DNA of 64,000 nucleotides from Octopus sinensis (taxonomy: Eukaryota). The stretch spans positions 3,224,001 to 3,288,000 of the forward strand of contig NC_043018.1 of the NCBI RefSeq assembly GCF_006345805.1, given 5' to 3'. Shown here one piece after another: positions 41,359-56,265 of the stretch. The first letter of the stretch is position 1, and the number at the start of each line of letters is the position of its first letter. The notes below the pieces were generated by a model that ran no database searches, was not told the origin of the DNA, and saw nothing but the letters and a program-made list of their open reading frames with translations. A program made the position numbers and the translations under genes.

Positions 41359-42126
41359 CGGCAGAATTTGAACTCAGAACGTAAAGACGGACGAAATGCC
41401 GCTGAGAATTGTGGCAAGTAGGCAAACGATTCTACTATCTCACCGCCTCGAGGGAGATGGTAATATTGGTTTCAAGTTTTCAAATTGGTGGGAAGCGATA
41501 AATCGATGATATCAATCCATGTGCTTAACTGATTGATATTTTATCCCCCTCGAAACGATGAAAGGCAAAGCCGACACCAGCGTCATTTCATCTCAGGATT
41601 TTAAGACGGACAACATGCTTCTAAGCATTTTGACTGGCGTGCTAATGGTTTGGTCAGCTCGCCGCCGTAAAGACATTAATAACACTACGTCGAAATTTTG
41701 GTACGCGGTCAGAAGTCTCCAAGGAAGGAGACGTCAATTATATCGACCTCAGCGCCCAACTGTTACTTATTTTATCGATACCGAAAGATTGAAAGACAAA
41801 GTTGACCTCGGAGGAATTTGAACTCAGAACGTGAAGACGGACGAAATTCCCCTAAGCATTTTCCTCAACGTGATAACGATTCTGCCAGATCACCGCTTTA
41901 AAGACGAAATATTGTTTCTACTACAGGCACAATGACTGATATTTCGAGTGGAGTGGACTATTCGATTACATTGATCCCAGTGTTTAACTGGTACTTATTT
42001 CATCGACTCTGAAAGGACAAAAGGCAAAGTCGACCTCGGCGGAATTTGAACTCAGATCGCAAAGACGGACAAAATGCCGCCAAACATTTTTCCCGGGCAT
42101 GCTAATGATTTTATCATCTCGCCGCG
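41359..42126 (-). mobile_element. Head-to-tail cluster of four SINE family B copies
   Basis: AAAGGCAAAGTCGACCTCGGCGGAATTTGAACTCAG variants at ~41360, 41560, 41790 and 42020. Confidence 0.8.
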
Positions 42127-42239
42127 TTAAGGTAGATGATAATATTAACAACAAGTCTAACCGCTCCTTAACTCGTAAGTGTTAAAACACGTCACATCGC
42201 CGAAGGTTACGCCATTGTTATCCAAGAGCAGGAAATATC

Positions 42240-42890
42240 AATGAAATATTTCATGAGCAAAGGGTGGAGTGAAGCCATTAAACTCCCAAGATGCAAACGC
42301 AAATGTCGATTATGTCATTCTTCTGTGGAAGACATAAAACATACATCTGTTGCCCAAAAACGTCATCTGGTTTCTATTTAATACTCTGACATGGTGCTGT
42401 GGTTAAAACAATATACAATGCCATCGGTAGCAAAGCGCGCCCTTGGGAAGGAGAAACAATTCAGACAAGGAATCCATACATGTCAGTGAATAAGGAATAT
42501 ATGTGGAACATTCACGTCAAAACTACTACCAAGTGCAGATACAACAGGAATGGTATAGTAATTTAGGGGAACAATGTCAGAATTAAGCATCGTTGCCATA
42601 CTAATGTTTTTTAAGGCCTTACAGATGAGATTATCATTTCCAGGATCACGAAGAAGCAGAATGTATATGGACAACAATTTAGAAGCTTGCAACACGTTTG
42701 CTCTCGTTTTGAATTCGTGTTTATATCAATAATCATTGCAGCCCTTGGTTAAACTAGTAAATATCTAAGTTACCATTTGAAAAAAAAAACTAGATATTTC
42801 TCGTAAAGTAACAGACCGTCGAAAATGCACATTCGGAAGATATAAACAGTAAATATACGCAAGCCTTTCCGTAAGATCAACAATGATAAA
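42240..42890 (+). mobile_element. Decayed R4/Dong-like LINE 3' fragment
   Basis: KCRLCHSSVEDIKH zinc finger and EYMWNIHVKTTTKCRYNR. Confidence 0.55.
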
Positions 42891-43004
42891 ATTCTGTCAG
42901 AGAAGAATTTCATAAAAAATAATTAGTGTGGGTGTGTATATTGTATATATGTATGTATATATTCATACACCTGTCTCCGTCCTTTGTTATTCTATAAATT
43001 ATAG

Positions 43005-43067
<63 letters not shown>

Positions 43068-43399
43068 ATACATGTGCGTGTGTGTGTGTGTGTGTGGTGT
43101 GTGTGTGTGTTACGGTTTGGGGCGTAAATACACCAGCATCGGTTGTCAAGCGATGGGGTGAGGAAACACAGACACACTCACACATAATTATATACATACA
43201 TACATACATACATACATTTATATATATATACATGCATATATATATACGATGGGCTATAAGATGTTACTCGTCCACTAAACTATGAGTCCACTGTATCTTA
43301 TAGCAGAAACAGCTGTAAGACATTCTATCTATGTATGTTCTAAAATCTACACACCCTTGGTTTTTATCTCATTACCAAAAAAATTATATATATATATTC

Positions 43400-43760
43400 A
43401 TTTACTCTTGTACTTATTTCAGTCATTTGAGTGCGGCCATGCTGCAGCACCGCCTTTAGTTATACAAATCGACCACATGACTTTTTCCTTGTAGGCCTAG
43501 TACTTATTCTATCGGTAATTTTTGGGCCGAACCGCTAAGTTACGCTTGTCATGTGATAGGGGGGGCACAAACACAGACACGCACACACACACATATATGA
43601 CGGGCTACTTTCAGTTTCCGTCTACCAAACCGACTCACAAGTTTTGGTCGGCCCGCGCTATAGTAGAAGAGACTTGCCCAAAGTGGTATGCAGTGAGACT
43701 GAACCAGGGACCATGTGGTAGGGAAGCTAGCTTCTTACCACTCAGCCATACCTACACCTA
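43400..43760 (-). mobile_element. SINE family A (a second partial copy lies at 43120-43255)
   Basis: Homologous to 1578-1988. Confidence 0.8.
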
Positions 43761-43824
43761 AAAGAAATAGAGCTACGGATGATTTTATCTGGGGTGCTAA
43801 AGGTTCCAGCAGCTCGCCTTGTAT

Positions 43825-44366
43825 ATTTTTTGTCAACTTATTTTTCCCGAGGCACCCGAGGATAGCGTAAAAACCTATTTTCAGCCATAGCTTTTAGCCA
43901 TAAAAAATATCAGCCATAGATTTTTGACGGCGTCTAACAAAAAAGGATAAAGAAAAGTGGAAGAACGAAAGACACAGTGAGAGAGGGAGAGAGAGAATAA
44001 GTGACGACGTTCATAAAATATAAAATGTAAAATGTTTTTTTTTCTTAAACTCGATATATAGTGTTCAAATTCAGGATGATTTTGAAAGACACTATATTTT
44101 ATAATCATAGTATATATACTTTCTAACACAACAATTACAATATACTTATTTTAAATCATTTATTATTTTTCAAATCGTTCATCTTTCTCCTCCTCCTCTC
44201 TCTCTCACACATTACTTCGTGTGCGAAAGAGTTTTGTTTTTCTTTTACGCCGAGTAAAAAAGTGTTTTGTTGAGAGACGATATTACTTAGTTTGGTTTGA
44301 AATAAATAACTTGATTAGCTTAATAATCGTAACTTAATCCCGAGCAAGGCTGGGTTATACTGCTAG
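43825..44366 (+). mobile_element. Non-autonomous Helitron-like element, copy retaining the 3' end
   Basis: Subterminal hairpin CCCGAGC-AAG-GCTGGG followed by CTAG|T at 44363-44367. Confidence 0.65.
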
Positions 44367-44630
44367 TATATATATATATTTATATATATATGTATAAGAA
44401 AATGAGATGACAATGTAATAAATGATTATCTTATGAACTTCATCAGCTTACAGCTGTTTCTGCTATGAGATGCAGTGAACTCATTATTTTGTGGCCGAGT
44501 AACACTTTATAGATTCACTAGGGTGTTAAACATGAAGTGCAATATATTTGGGAAAATCGTGTATACTTTCATACACACACATATACACACAGACATATAC
44601 ACACACACATATATAAGTTTGCATGTATGT

Positions 44631-45281
44631 AATTATTCAGTTCATTTCAGATTTCTTGACAATAGAGAAAGAACCACTTTCTAACCTAGATCCAAGACTC
44701 CTTCATTGGCATTTCAGCATTAGTATCAGGGTATTTTTGTTTGTATGTATGTATGTATGTATGTATGTATGTATGTATGTATGTATGTATGTTTGTATGT
44801 ATGTATGTATGTATGTATGTATGTATGTATGTATGTATGTGCAGATTTGTATGTTTTATGTATGTATTCTCATGCATATAGTTGCATATCTAGACATGCT
44901 CATATATATTTAAATGATAAACTTCTGGAAAGTTTTACAGATTTTTACAGTTCCAGTGATGGATTCGAGCTGTAGTCTTCGAATCAGCTTTTTCCTTTCT
45001 AGTCTTGAGAAACTTAATTTCTCAAGGTTGATATTTAGGTGGTTTGTTACATATCCCAGGACCCCAATAATTACAGGTATAAACCTAAACTTGTATTCTG
45101 GATAGAATAACTGCAGATTTCTCAATAGTTCAGCATAGGTGTTTTCTTTTTCACTGATATTCAGCTTAATGTTTTAACATCTGCTGAGTAGCAAATTTCC
45201 ACAGCTGTGCACAGTTTCTCTTCTCTATCCCAAATCCTTATATCAGGTTTGTTGTGCTTACATATTATTGAGGTCTTCACT
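44631..45281 (-). mobile_element. R4/Dong-like LINE 3' end embedded in (CATA)n
   Basis: KHNKPDIRIWDREEKLCTAVEI...FIPVIIGVLG...ITGTVKICKTFQKF*. Confidence 0.8.
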
Positions 45282-45849
45282 GTATGTATGTATGTATGTA
45301 TGTATGTATGTATGTATGTATGTATGTATGTATGTATGTATATATGCACGTGTACATATACAGGTACATACTGATATGTCTCTATATGTGCGATTGTGTA
45401 TTATTATTATATTATTCGTGATATAAGGGCTTGTGAAGAATTTGTATGTTTTGGGGCATCACTGTGTCGGTGTAGTGCGTGCGTGTGTGTTCTCGTGTAT
45501 GCTTGTGTGTTTATACTTGTGCGTGTGTGTGTGTTTTATATTATGTTGCTCTGTGTGTGTGTGTGTGTGTATTTCAGTGTGTGTGTGTGTGCGTGTGTGC
45601 GTGTGTGTGTGTGCTTGCTTGTTTGTACAGTGCTGATTGTCATATGGAAGCATAAAAGTTTCGCTTTGAAGTCAATTCTTTCTAATCAAATACATCTTCA
45701 CTTTGTCCTCCTCCGTCTCCGTTTCACCTCACCCCATCTCCCTTTTGAACAGCCTCACGCTTTCTTTCTCCTTGCACTCTTTTGCAATTACACTTCGTCT
45801 CTTTTGCCCCATCCCTCTTTCTTTCTCATACATATATATATGTGCGTGT

Positions 45850-45886
<37 letters not shown>

Positions 45887-46066
45887 GCTTGTGCCATTCC
45901 CATTTTCCTCTATTTTCCCGTCACTCTCTCTCTCTCTCTCTCTCTCTCTTCCTTTTCTCCAATTACAATATTTCTTTTGAATACAAGTTTGTGCTGCTCT
46001 TTACGTGATATCCTTCTACGCTTCAACCACTTGATGCACATACACCATACCGCACACACACACACG

Positions 46067-46165
<99 letters not shown>

Positions 46166-46221
46166 AGACACGTTCGCACACAACAGACACATTTACATAA
46201 ACCCTCTCTTTCACTCTTGTA

Positions 46222-46260
<39 letters not shown>

Positions 46261-47852
46261 ACGCTTTCCCTCCCATTCTCTTCCTCTCCACTTCCTTCTT
46301 ACACATTTCATTGTCCTGCACTGATACACGTTTGTCTTTTTTCCTTTGACCAATTACTGCATTTCGTTCGTAATACAAACACACCTGTACACATACACTC
46401 ACACACACACACACATACACACACATAGTAGCACACAAATACACTAATACACATATGTAGATGCACACTCCAATACACACACACACACACAAATATGCAG
46501 CAGCTTGAGTATCGAACTGGAGAAGAAAACGGAGCGAAAACAACGGTTTTAAGAGCTGCTAGCAATGAAAGCTCTAGATTGCTACAACCCGACGGTAATT
46601 AGCGAAGCAAATCCACTATATTTTTATGATGAGCACAAGACATTAAATTCATCTTTACAACACCATCATCATTAAGTGCTCACTCGGCTTGATGAGGACA
46701 TAGGCCAAGCACACCAACACCTGGCCAGATATTACGAAGTGCGTTACGACAGCTATTGCAATCAGCGAGAATAATACACTATTACACACATGGCTTGCAC
46801 TGAGGGTCATTCCCCTCAGCGTCTGTCAGCTGGAAGTAATACGATGCCAGCAAGTCACGACAGTATCGGTGTCTCTCCAGTGGTACAGAGCGGTTGTCAC
46901 ATCACTCAGAAATGCTCCGATTCATTTACCCCGACACTTTAGCACATTCCCCTGTCCGTATTCATTCCTTTCTCTTTCTCTTATCCATACAACAATCTCA
47001 CCCAACCAGACACGGCAGCAATAATTTGCGTTGCTAAATTGATGAGAATAAGATCTTTTCGACTTCTTATGCTCTGTGCCATCCCACTGCTCGGCACTTC
47101 CTACTACAGCCCTGAGTCGAATAATGCCTCGTCAGTAATATATGCAGACGGAAAATGTGCAGAAGCACATTGTATATGTATACATGTGTGTATAGGTGTG
47201 TGTGATTATGTATATGTATGGGTGAGTGCTTGTGTTTGTCCCTTCAAGCACTGGATAACGAGTATTCATTTGCTGATGTCCCCATAACTCGCAGATTTGG
47301 TAAAACAGGCCAATAGAATAAGTACCAGTTTGCAAAATAGCTATCAGCATCGTTTTGTTGGTGCGAAAACATGGCCGGAGATCAATAACTCAGACAACTA
47401 AATGATAACACTTACTAGAATTGATGTATAGGGTGATCCATTGTGGCCTCAATTTTCTGGAAATGTGCTTGTTTTAGAAACGACTATTATTACTAATATT
47501 ACTCAGTATATCCAACAAAACCTAATGAAGTGGAATATTTGGCTTCACATGACCGAGGCAGTAGCTTAAATGTTGTCCTCCTGTAATCCTTTCAGTAGAC
47601 ACAATAAATAATGGTTACTGGTAGCTACTACTGCCAATTAGCGGACAGTTCGTTTCACTGGCTGAGAATTTAATACAACCGAATAATATGTTTATCAGGT
47701 TAGTATATGCATTCATGCATGCATACATACATACATACATACATGCATACATAAATACATACATATATGCGTACATACATGCATACATACTTACATTCAT
47801 TCATAAATGTTTATATATGAGCGCATATATGTACATATAATATATATATACA

Positions 47853-47916
<64 letters not shown>

Positions 47917-48484
47917 CACCTATAGATAAATGTTGCTTATATACATACATACGTACATACATACATACATGCTTACATACATTCATAAATATACGCACAC
48001 ACATATATGTACATATATATATATTCACATATCATAATTGTATATATGTGCGCATATATGTACATATATAATATATATATATACATATATACATACACAC
48101 ACATATATATAATATACATATACATGTATATTCATATATACTTTCACACATGTGTGTATATGTATGTTGTGTGTATGTGAGTTGTGTGTGCTTGTATGTG
48201 TGTGTATGTATATGTGTTGTGTATATATCTGTGTGAGTGTTGTACGTGTACGTGTGTGTATGTATGTGTGCGTGTGTGTGTACAGGTGAGTGCAAGTCTG
48301 CATCGGCGAAATTTAATCCATAACCATTCGGAGATAAATATATAATACAGTGAATCAATTTATTGTTAGGAATGGTAATTCCAACTTTTGGTACATTTGA
48401 CTTTGAAACTTCAGCCGATTAAATATAATAAAATAAACATATACTAATGTATCGAGTCCTACTTATCGTGTACGTTCTACAAAG

Positions 48485-48522
<38 letters not shown>

Positions 48523-48712
48523 AAATTCAAGTGTTACTATACATGAATTTCTGTATATTTATTTCTATGCGTATGATCTTATGAAGATCGTCGTATGATT
48601 TCATCAAGAAGCAATGTTTTGTTGTTAATGAGAATTCTTACTTTCATTCCATATGAAATGCATCGATAAATACAGGCACCGCGAAGAAAGTTAGCGTTTT
48701 ACAACAGAAGTA

Positions 48713-49038
48713 CAGTAATCCCTCGACTATCGCGGATGTTACGTTCGAAACGCCAACCCCGCGATTGGTGAAAATCCGCGAAGTAGAAACAGTACTGAGC
48801 TGTATGTATTTATTACTCTTTACTCTTTTTTCTCTTTTACTTGTTTCAGTCATTTGACTGCGGCCATGCTGGAGCACCGCCTTTAGTCGAGTAAATCGAC
48901 ACCGGGACTTATTCTTTGTAAGCCCAGTACTTATTCTATCGGTCTTTTTTGCCGAACCGCTAAGTGACGGGGACATAAGCACACCAGTATCGGTTGTCAA
49001 GCAATGCTAGAGGGACAAACACAGGCACACAAACATAT

Positions 49039-49099
<61 letters not shown>

Positions 49100-49327
49100 T
49101 ACGACAGGCTTCTTTCAGTTTCCGTCTACCAGATCCACTCACAAGTCTTTGGTCGGCGGTTGGTTAGCAAGCTACTTACCACACAGCCACTCCCGCGCCT
49201 ATTATTATTTTTTTTATAGTTGGTATTATATAATTATTATAAATGCAAAACAGCCCCACGGGGGAATCGAAGGAAGCTTAAATAATAAACTGCGTTAGAT
49301 GAACCGTGATATGGTGGGGGGTTACTG
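48713..49327. mobile_element. Tigger/pogo-like MITE containing a nested SINE A
   Basis: TA-CAGTAATCCCTCGACTATCGCGG ... CCGTGATATGGTGGGGGGTTACTG-TA. Confidence 0.65.
48815..49200 (-). mobile_element. SINE family A (young, with an internal deletion)
   Basis: Very similar to 3651-4090 in reverse complement. Confidence 0.9.
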
Positions 49328-49344
49328 TAATGGTTTCTGATGTG

Positions 49345-50085
49345 GGTACAAGCCCAGCAAATTTGATGGGTAGAGGCTAGGGAATTCCATTGAATCCGGC
49401 ACAAGACTGTTAATATATTTCATCGACTTTGCAGGGTTAAAAATCGAAGTTCACTCCAGTGACATTTGAATTCAGAACGTAAAGTTACGGACGAACGATT
49501 GTCGGAGAATTTCTTAGACGTTCCGCTCGAACGAGTCAGCTGCTCATGCGAGAACAATAACATCAACAGTAAAACAATTTGTTTCCCTCCAAAGAACAAA
49601 ACACCACCAACAACAACAATAATAATAATAATTACAGACAGAGGTAGGTACAAGCCAAGTCATTTTGAGAAGTGATTAGTCCAGGCACCGACCAGTACCT
49701 TCTTTCAACTTATCGGCCCAGGAGGGTGAAAGGCAGAGATGACCTTAGAAAACTTTGAACTCTGAATATAAAGAGCCGGGACATGCAACGTAAATCATTT
49801 GGCCAACAATGTATGGCTCTGCCTATTCCCTAGTTTCTAATAAACCATTTTAATATAAGCACAAGGCTAGTAATTTTAAAAGGGGTAAGTCGGTTGATAG
49901 CATTTTCCCAGTACATTATTCATAATTCATTTTCACCGACCCAGGACGTGTGAAAAACAACATTGCACTTAGTCGGATTTGAACTCAGAACGTAGAGAGC
50001 AAGAAAAAACAAAACAAATTCCACAAAGGGTAGTTATATGTTTTGTTTGTTGGTTTTTTTTACCGACGCTCTAATTGTCTGCCAG
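49345..50085 (-). mobile_element. Cluster of three decayed SINE family B copies
   Basis: TTTGAA(C/T)TC(A/T)GAA motifs at ~49465, 49755 and 49980. Confidence 0.55.
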
Positions 50086-50427
50086 AATAATGCTTTATCA
50101 AAAAAATAATTAAAAAAGTACAAGAAAGAAACAAAATCAAATACAAAACAATACCAAAACAAAATGGAAGACAAAAGCCCAGGATGTCTTTGCTCTCAGC
50201 TTTGCTATGAATTAATTATTACCAAGACACTGTCTGGTGAATCCATTTCAGTTGTGTATTATTCAACGTTCACTGACTTTATCCTCTGTTCGCCATTTTC
50301 CATTCGATATGCTATCATTATCAACTGTCTGACGATTCTTGCCGAGTTTTGATATTTTGGATGAGAAGTCTACATACACATGCATACACACGCATGTAGA
50401 TTCACATAGACACACTAAAAACGCATG

Positions 50428-50481
<54 letters not shown>

Positions 50482-50818
50482 TATATCATGTATGTATATA
50501 TACATATAATATATATGCATATACACACACACACACACACATATATATACATATATATCATGAATCGTATATTCATACAAAATAAGCACGCGAATACGCA
50601 AGCACACATATACACTCACAGACATATATGGAAAGAAATTGTGTATGGCGTCTCTCTTTCGCTCTGTCAGTATGTGCATTTGTATACTTGTGTGAGAGTT
50701 CTACTGTGTGTGTGTGTGTGTCCATGTGTATACCAGTGTGTGCATATGTGTATATATATATATGTGTATAGATATATATGTGTATATATATGTGTGTATA
50801 TATATTTGTGTATATATG

Positions 50819-50854
<36 letters not shown>

Positions 50855-51734
50855 CACATATATATACAAGTATATATATATATATGGATATATGTGCATG
50901 TGTATGTATATATTCATGTATACATATATATGGACATACATACGCTCAACCACAAACGCATGCACACATACATATACATATATGCATACACTTTGTGTAT
51001 ATATGTGTGTATGTGTATGTGCGTGTATTTTTATGTGTATATGTATGTATATGTATATGAATGTGTGTATACATATAGATGTGTGTGTGTGTGTATGCAT
51101 TTGTATATATGCGTATGATTGTATGCATTACTTACAGAACGATAGCCGTGGACGATAGAAAAAACGAGATAAAAACCTACCGATAATGTTCTTTAATGCA
51201 GAACAGTTCTGTATGATTACATCCCACTGGTAAATTTACACAAATCTCATTGCGCTTACAGCTCAGATATTCTTATATTCTTATATTCTATTTCTTTAAC
51301 TTACAGTGGAGACCGAAAAAGCCATTCTTCCATTCTTTTGAAACTGTCAAAAGTTCCTATTGTATTATCCCCGTGTATAAAAAAATGTCAGATCTTTTAT
51401 TAAGGAGATAAAAAGGAAAACAGAAAGATTTAGATGGCATAGAAATTCTATTTACATATTATATATTTGTGTAGTGGTACTTTTATTGCTAAAGGTATCT
51501 ACATATATTATATGTACTTTCTTACACTCATTCATGGTGGGGGTCATAAGGAATTACACGTAACAACGACGCGATTTCGATTCCAGGCGTCACCCCTGGT
51601 TCCTTGGGCAAGCGCAATCGTAGTACAGCTTCGGACTGTCCAATAGATTGTGAAATAAATCGATAAGGAAAACTGAGAGCCCGCCGTGTACACATGTTCA
51701 CACATAGAGACACACACATACACATACACGCACG

Positions 51735-51770
<36 letters not shown>

Positions 51771-51814
51771 CATACATACAAATATATGTAAGCACATAAA
51801 CAGACAGGCAGATG

Positions 51815-51909
<95 letters not shown>

Positions 51910-51989
51910 GTATATAAAGAGTTTGAATCAATTCCACATGACAAACGTGCTTGGTCACGAGGGAACATCTGATGAGAATCCTTTGTCCC

Positions 51990-52275
51990 ACACGCCCACA
52001 AAACTTCCGGTAATGTGGAGCTGAGTAACCCGTACGAAATATGTTGAGTCTTACTTTCTGTCCTTTGTTCGTATGTCTCTTTTAGTTTTTAATCATTATA
52101 AATCTTCCAGTGAGTCAGTTTCCAACAAAGATACAAAACTCCGTCTTTGGGATGTAGTTAACACAGATAAATTCACATTTGGAACTTGAGAAAAGTCTTG
52201 CATATTTTTACTGTTCTACTAACAGATTGCACTTGTAATGTACGAATCAACCGGTCACTTTCTCTTTGCAAGGAT
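51990..52275 (-). mobile_element. R4/Dong-like LINE extreme 3' end
   Basis: KESDRLIRTLQVQSVSRTVKICKTFLKF, homologous to the 44910 C-terminus and next to a TATG-like tract. Confidence 0.6.
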
Positions 52276-52429
52276 TTATGTATGTATGCAGGTATGTGTG
52301 TATGCATGCATGTATGTATTTATGTATGTGTGTGTATATATGTATTATGTATTGTTTCCCTGCAGTTCAATTTAAGGCTTACTACTGAGTCCAGCGCTGT
52401 CTGTATATTCTGCAGCTAATCTAGAGATT

Positions 52430-54060
52430 CAGCGAACAGTACCATGCCACGTTCGAATCGGTGGTGTGTTAGTAGTCCCATTTAGTCAATGTCTCTGCTG
52501 ATCATTTCTAGAGAGGCAGTGAAGTGATTTGTAGAGATGCTTTCTCCTTCTATGAAGCCCTTCCCAACCAGAACTCATACCGCTTGCGATATTAGTTCTG
52601 CGTCAGACGTGTTCCCATCCCTGAGTACTCTGATGCATTGCATTCAACATGTATTTTCTGAAATTTCAGCACTGGTTCAAGTTAACGCCGTTTTGTAGTC
52701 GACAAAAGCGATCTACGCAGACAGCTTGTGTTCTTTCGCTCGTTATCTGTGTGTTGGAGTGAATGCATGATCTATTCTACTGTATTTGTTAAGGAAACCT
52801 TCTTGCACCGTCGGCTGGTGGTCAGCGAGATGTTTCGATAGACTGGTGAATAAAAAATTTGTAAACGGCTTCGAGAGCTGAAACAAGAACTATAAGTGCA
52901 GATAGTCTGTTAAATCTTCTTTATCATCCTTCTTAGGAACCATGATGTTATTCGATTCTTTCCACAGCAAACGTACTTTCTCTTCCTTGAGAAAGAGATT
53001 GAAGCGGAGAATGAATATTTTTCACCGGCTTCACCACCGTCTCTTAACATTTCTGTTGTTATGTCATCTTTTCCAGGAGCTCCATCTACCACTAACTAGA
53101 ATAGGTGGGACTCCTTTCAGCATTTGCAACGATATTGGCTCAACTTTAACTGTTAATTGAAAAAAGTTGGTTTCGATTTTCTATGCTTCTTTTATTTTCC
53201 CTCAGTCTATGGCCGTGAGCTGTCCCTTTTCCTTTACCCATCACTCTCCTGACGCATATTTTCACTCTTCATCTTTCCTTTGCAACATATTCTCCTTCTT
53301 CTCTAATTTATAATCATCCAAGTCATTTTCTAACTTTTATCCGATCGCTTTGCAAAGAAATAAATAATTGAGGTGATCTTTCCTATTCCTCTTCATATTT
53401 TTTTCCGCTTCTCTTGCAGTTTCTTCATCGTTTCTGTTCCTTTTCTTCGAGATCCTTCTCGCCTTAAAGAGGTAGCTTTTAATTTTGTGGGTGAGTGACT
53501 TTTAGTCTTCATCCAACGTCTTGAAATTGACGCCAATCTTTCCTCTTCGTAGCATCATGAAATTACATCCCATCGAAGACACATTAATTCTCCAATGAGA
53601 TGTGCATAGTCTGCTTCCTTCTGATTTTGTTGACCACAATCCAATAATCACTGAAGCATTCGAATGGCGTTATCATCAAGACGCCCTGAAAAATGCGGTG
53701 TCGTTTGTCAACCAGGATGTAGTCAATATTATTTTTTTAGCGAGAGTTTGTGGTAAACCAGGTTTGTCTCTTTCCAGATTGTTCCCTGAATAGAATTTCT
53801 TAACGTTAAGTCTTCTTGCTTTACTTTCTCTCTCCGATTCAAATATTCCAACCTATTTCTCACATTTCCTTCTTTTTCCAAACTTTGCATTGAAATCCCC
53901 CATCATTACCGTGCAAGTGGTTTTCTGAGGTAGTATTATATTTTGCCCTTGGTAGACTGCTTCCGCTAGCATAAGCCTGGATGGTCCTCAATGTGGCATT
54001 TCGTGAAAGACGTACATTTAGTAATCTGTTGCGTAAAGACAAATGTCAGGAGATGATTAT
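52430..54060 (-). mobile_element. Decayed RTE-clade LINE (APE to RT)
   Basis: Motifs LRTIQAYA, MGDFNAK, APGKDDITTEMLRDGG, QEGF and IAFVDYK. Confidence 0.7.
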
Positions 54061-54359
54061 GAGAGCGGCTGTCTTCTTATCTCCAGAGATAAGTCTTTCC
54101 TTTTCTTCAATGGCCTACCAACTTGGAGAATTCTGAAGTTTTGAAATTACCTTCATTTCTCATATTGACTTGCACTAAATTACCAGATGCTAAGTGTACC
54201 AGAGATAATATCGATAAATCAAACATTTATTTGTATGGTATTTTATATACCTGCATTTGTATATATTACTCATATGCATGCCACTGACAACTGAGTTATT
54301 TCCCTTAAATAATTTATGATGAATATATAAGCACCTACAGAGCAAGCAAAATAATTAGG

Positions 54360-54730
54360 AAGCCGGAGGAAATGCTTAGCGGTAAGTTCAAATTCCGCCG
54401 AGTTCGACCTTGCTTTTCGTCCTTTGGGGCTCGATCAAATAGGTATCAGTTGAGTACTGGGGTCGATATAATCGACTTACACCTACCCACGAAGTTACTG
54501 GCCTTCAGCCAAAATTTGCAATCAGTATATAAGCACATACAAGGTGGTGAGCTAGCAGAAACGTTAGCACGCCTGGCGAAATGCTTAGTGGTATTTCGTC
54601 TGTCTTTATGTTCTGAGTTCAAATTCCACCATGGTCGACTTTGCCTTTCATCCTTTAGGTACTGGGATCGATCTAATCGACTGGCCCCCTAGCTCAAAAT
54701 TCCGGTCCTTGTGCCAAGAGTAGAAAAGAA
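54360..54730 (+). mobile_element. Two tandem SINE family B copies
   Basis: GTTCAAATTCC...TCGAC.TTGC.TTTC.TCCTTT occurs twice. Confidence 0.75.
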
Positions 54731-55540
54731 TATATAAGCACATACACAAATATATATTTTTATTTTATTTTTCTTGTGACATCAAATTCATAAGACCAGT
54801 TACCCGGTTTACTTGGCGCATAATTCTCCGACATCACAGTAATCACTTGAACAGGAAGCCATTTTCTTTGCAGGGTTCAAGGCTACTAATTTTGGAATAG
54901 AGAGATGAGTTGATTCCATCGATCTGAGCATTTTATAGGTGCTTTATTTAATTCCTTCGAAGGGCTAAAAGGTAAAGTTGACCACATTGATATTAGAACG
55001 CGTACGTAAAATGCTAAAACATACACACAAAAGGACGTTTTCCCCTCCTCTTGGCCGACACTGTAACCGTTATTCCAAGGCACAGTCTTAACAACATACG
55101 CAGATCATAAATAAATGCCAGGATTACCAGTTGGTGGTTATTCCGTAGATCTGCAAATCTTTTTGAAATCCCATACCCTTTGTATTTATCTCGGCCTAAT
55201 AGCATTGCCTTTACATTTGATCTTTTTATGCTCTAAAGGTGAAGATCTTACAGACATCGAATCTTTTTGAGGAGAAGAATTATCAGGAACTTCATCATCC
55301 GTGTGTACCCCGGTTTATGTATGTATTATGTATGTATGTATGTATGTATGTATGTATGTATGTATGTATGTATGTATGTATGTATGTTTGTATGTATGTA
55401 TGTATGTATGTATTTGAAACTACACACACAAACAGAGAAACATATACACACATATATAGACATAAACATGAAGTTATATGTATTTGCATTTTATACCTAT
55501 ACGCACGAATGGATATGTATACGTGTACATATACATGGGT

Positions 55541-55573
<33 letters not shown>

Positions 55574-55988
55574 AATATATATATATATACATATATATAC
55601 ACACATATATATACATGTATATATATACATATATATACACACATATATATATATACATATATAAATATATATATACACACACATATATATATATATATAT
55701 ATGTATGTATATATGTATGTATATATCGCGTGATATATGTGTATTTGTAATAATTACCATTGTTATTTTTAAAATGAATTACCGGTCTCTTATGTCCTAC
55801 ATATGTACATATGCATACATACACACACTATTCTATATGTACGCACACACACACACAACACAAATACACACACACACATATCTGTACTAGCACTAAGTGG
55901 GTGTACGTTCTCGAGTGTATGTATAATGATGTCGGCAAAAGCTAAAGACAGTTTCATACCATCAGTCACCAGCATTAAAGTGTAAGGT

Positions 55989-56047
<59 letters not shown>

Positions 56048-56051
56048 CATC

Positions 56052-56265
56052 CTTCCTACTAAATGCACATGGCCTGAAGTTTGCGGGGAGGGGGACTCGT
56101 CGGGGTTACATCGACCCCAGTGTTTCGCTGGTATTCGATTTATCGACCCCGAAAAGATGAAAGGCAAAGTCGACCTCGGCGGAATTTGAACTCAGAATGT
56201 AAAGATGGACGGAATGCCACTCGCCATTTCGTCCGGCGTGCTACCGATTCTATCAGCTGACCGCC

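Noticed and set aside
46660-46900. Possible RTE-like 3' end on the minus strand with a (TGA)n tail
   Set aside because: Peptide similarity is too weak to call by eye.
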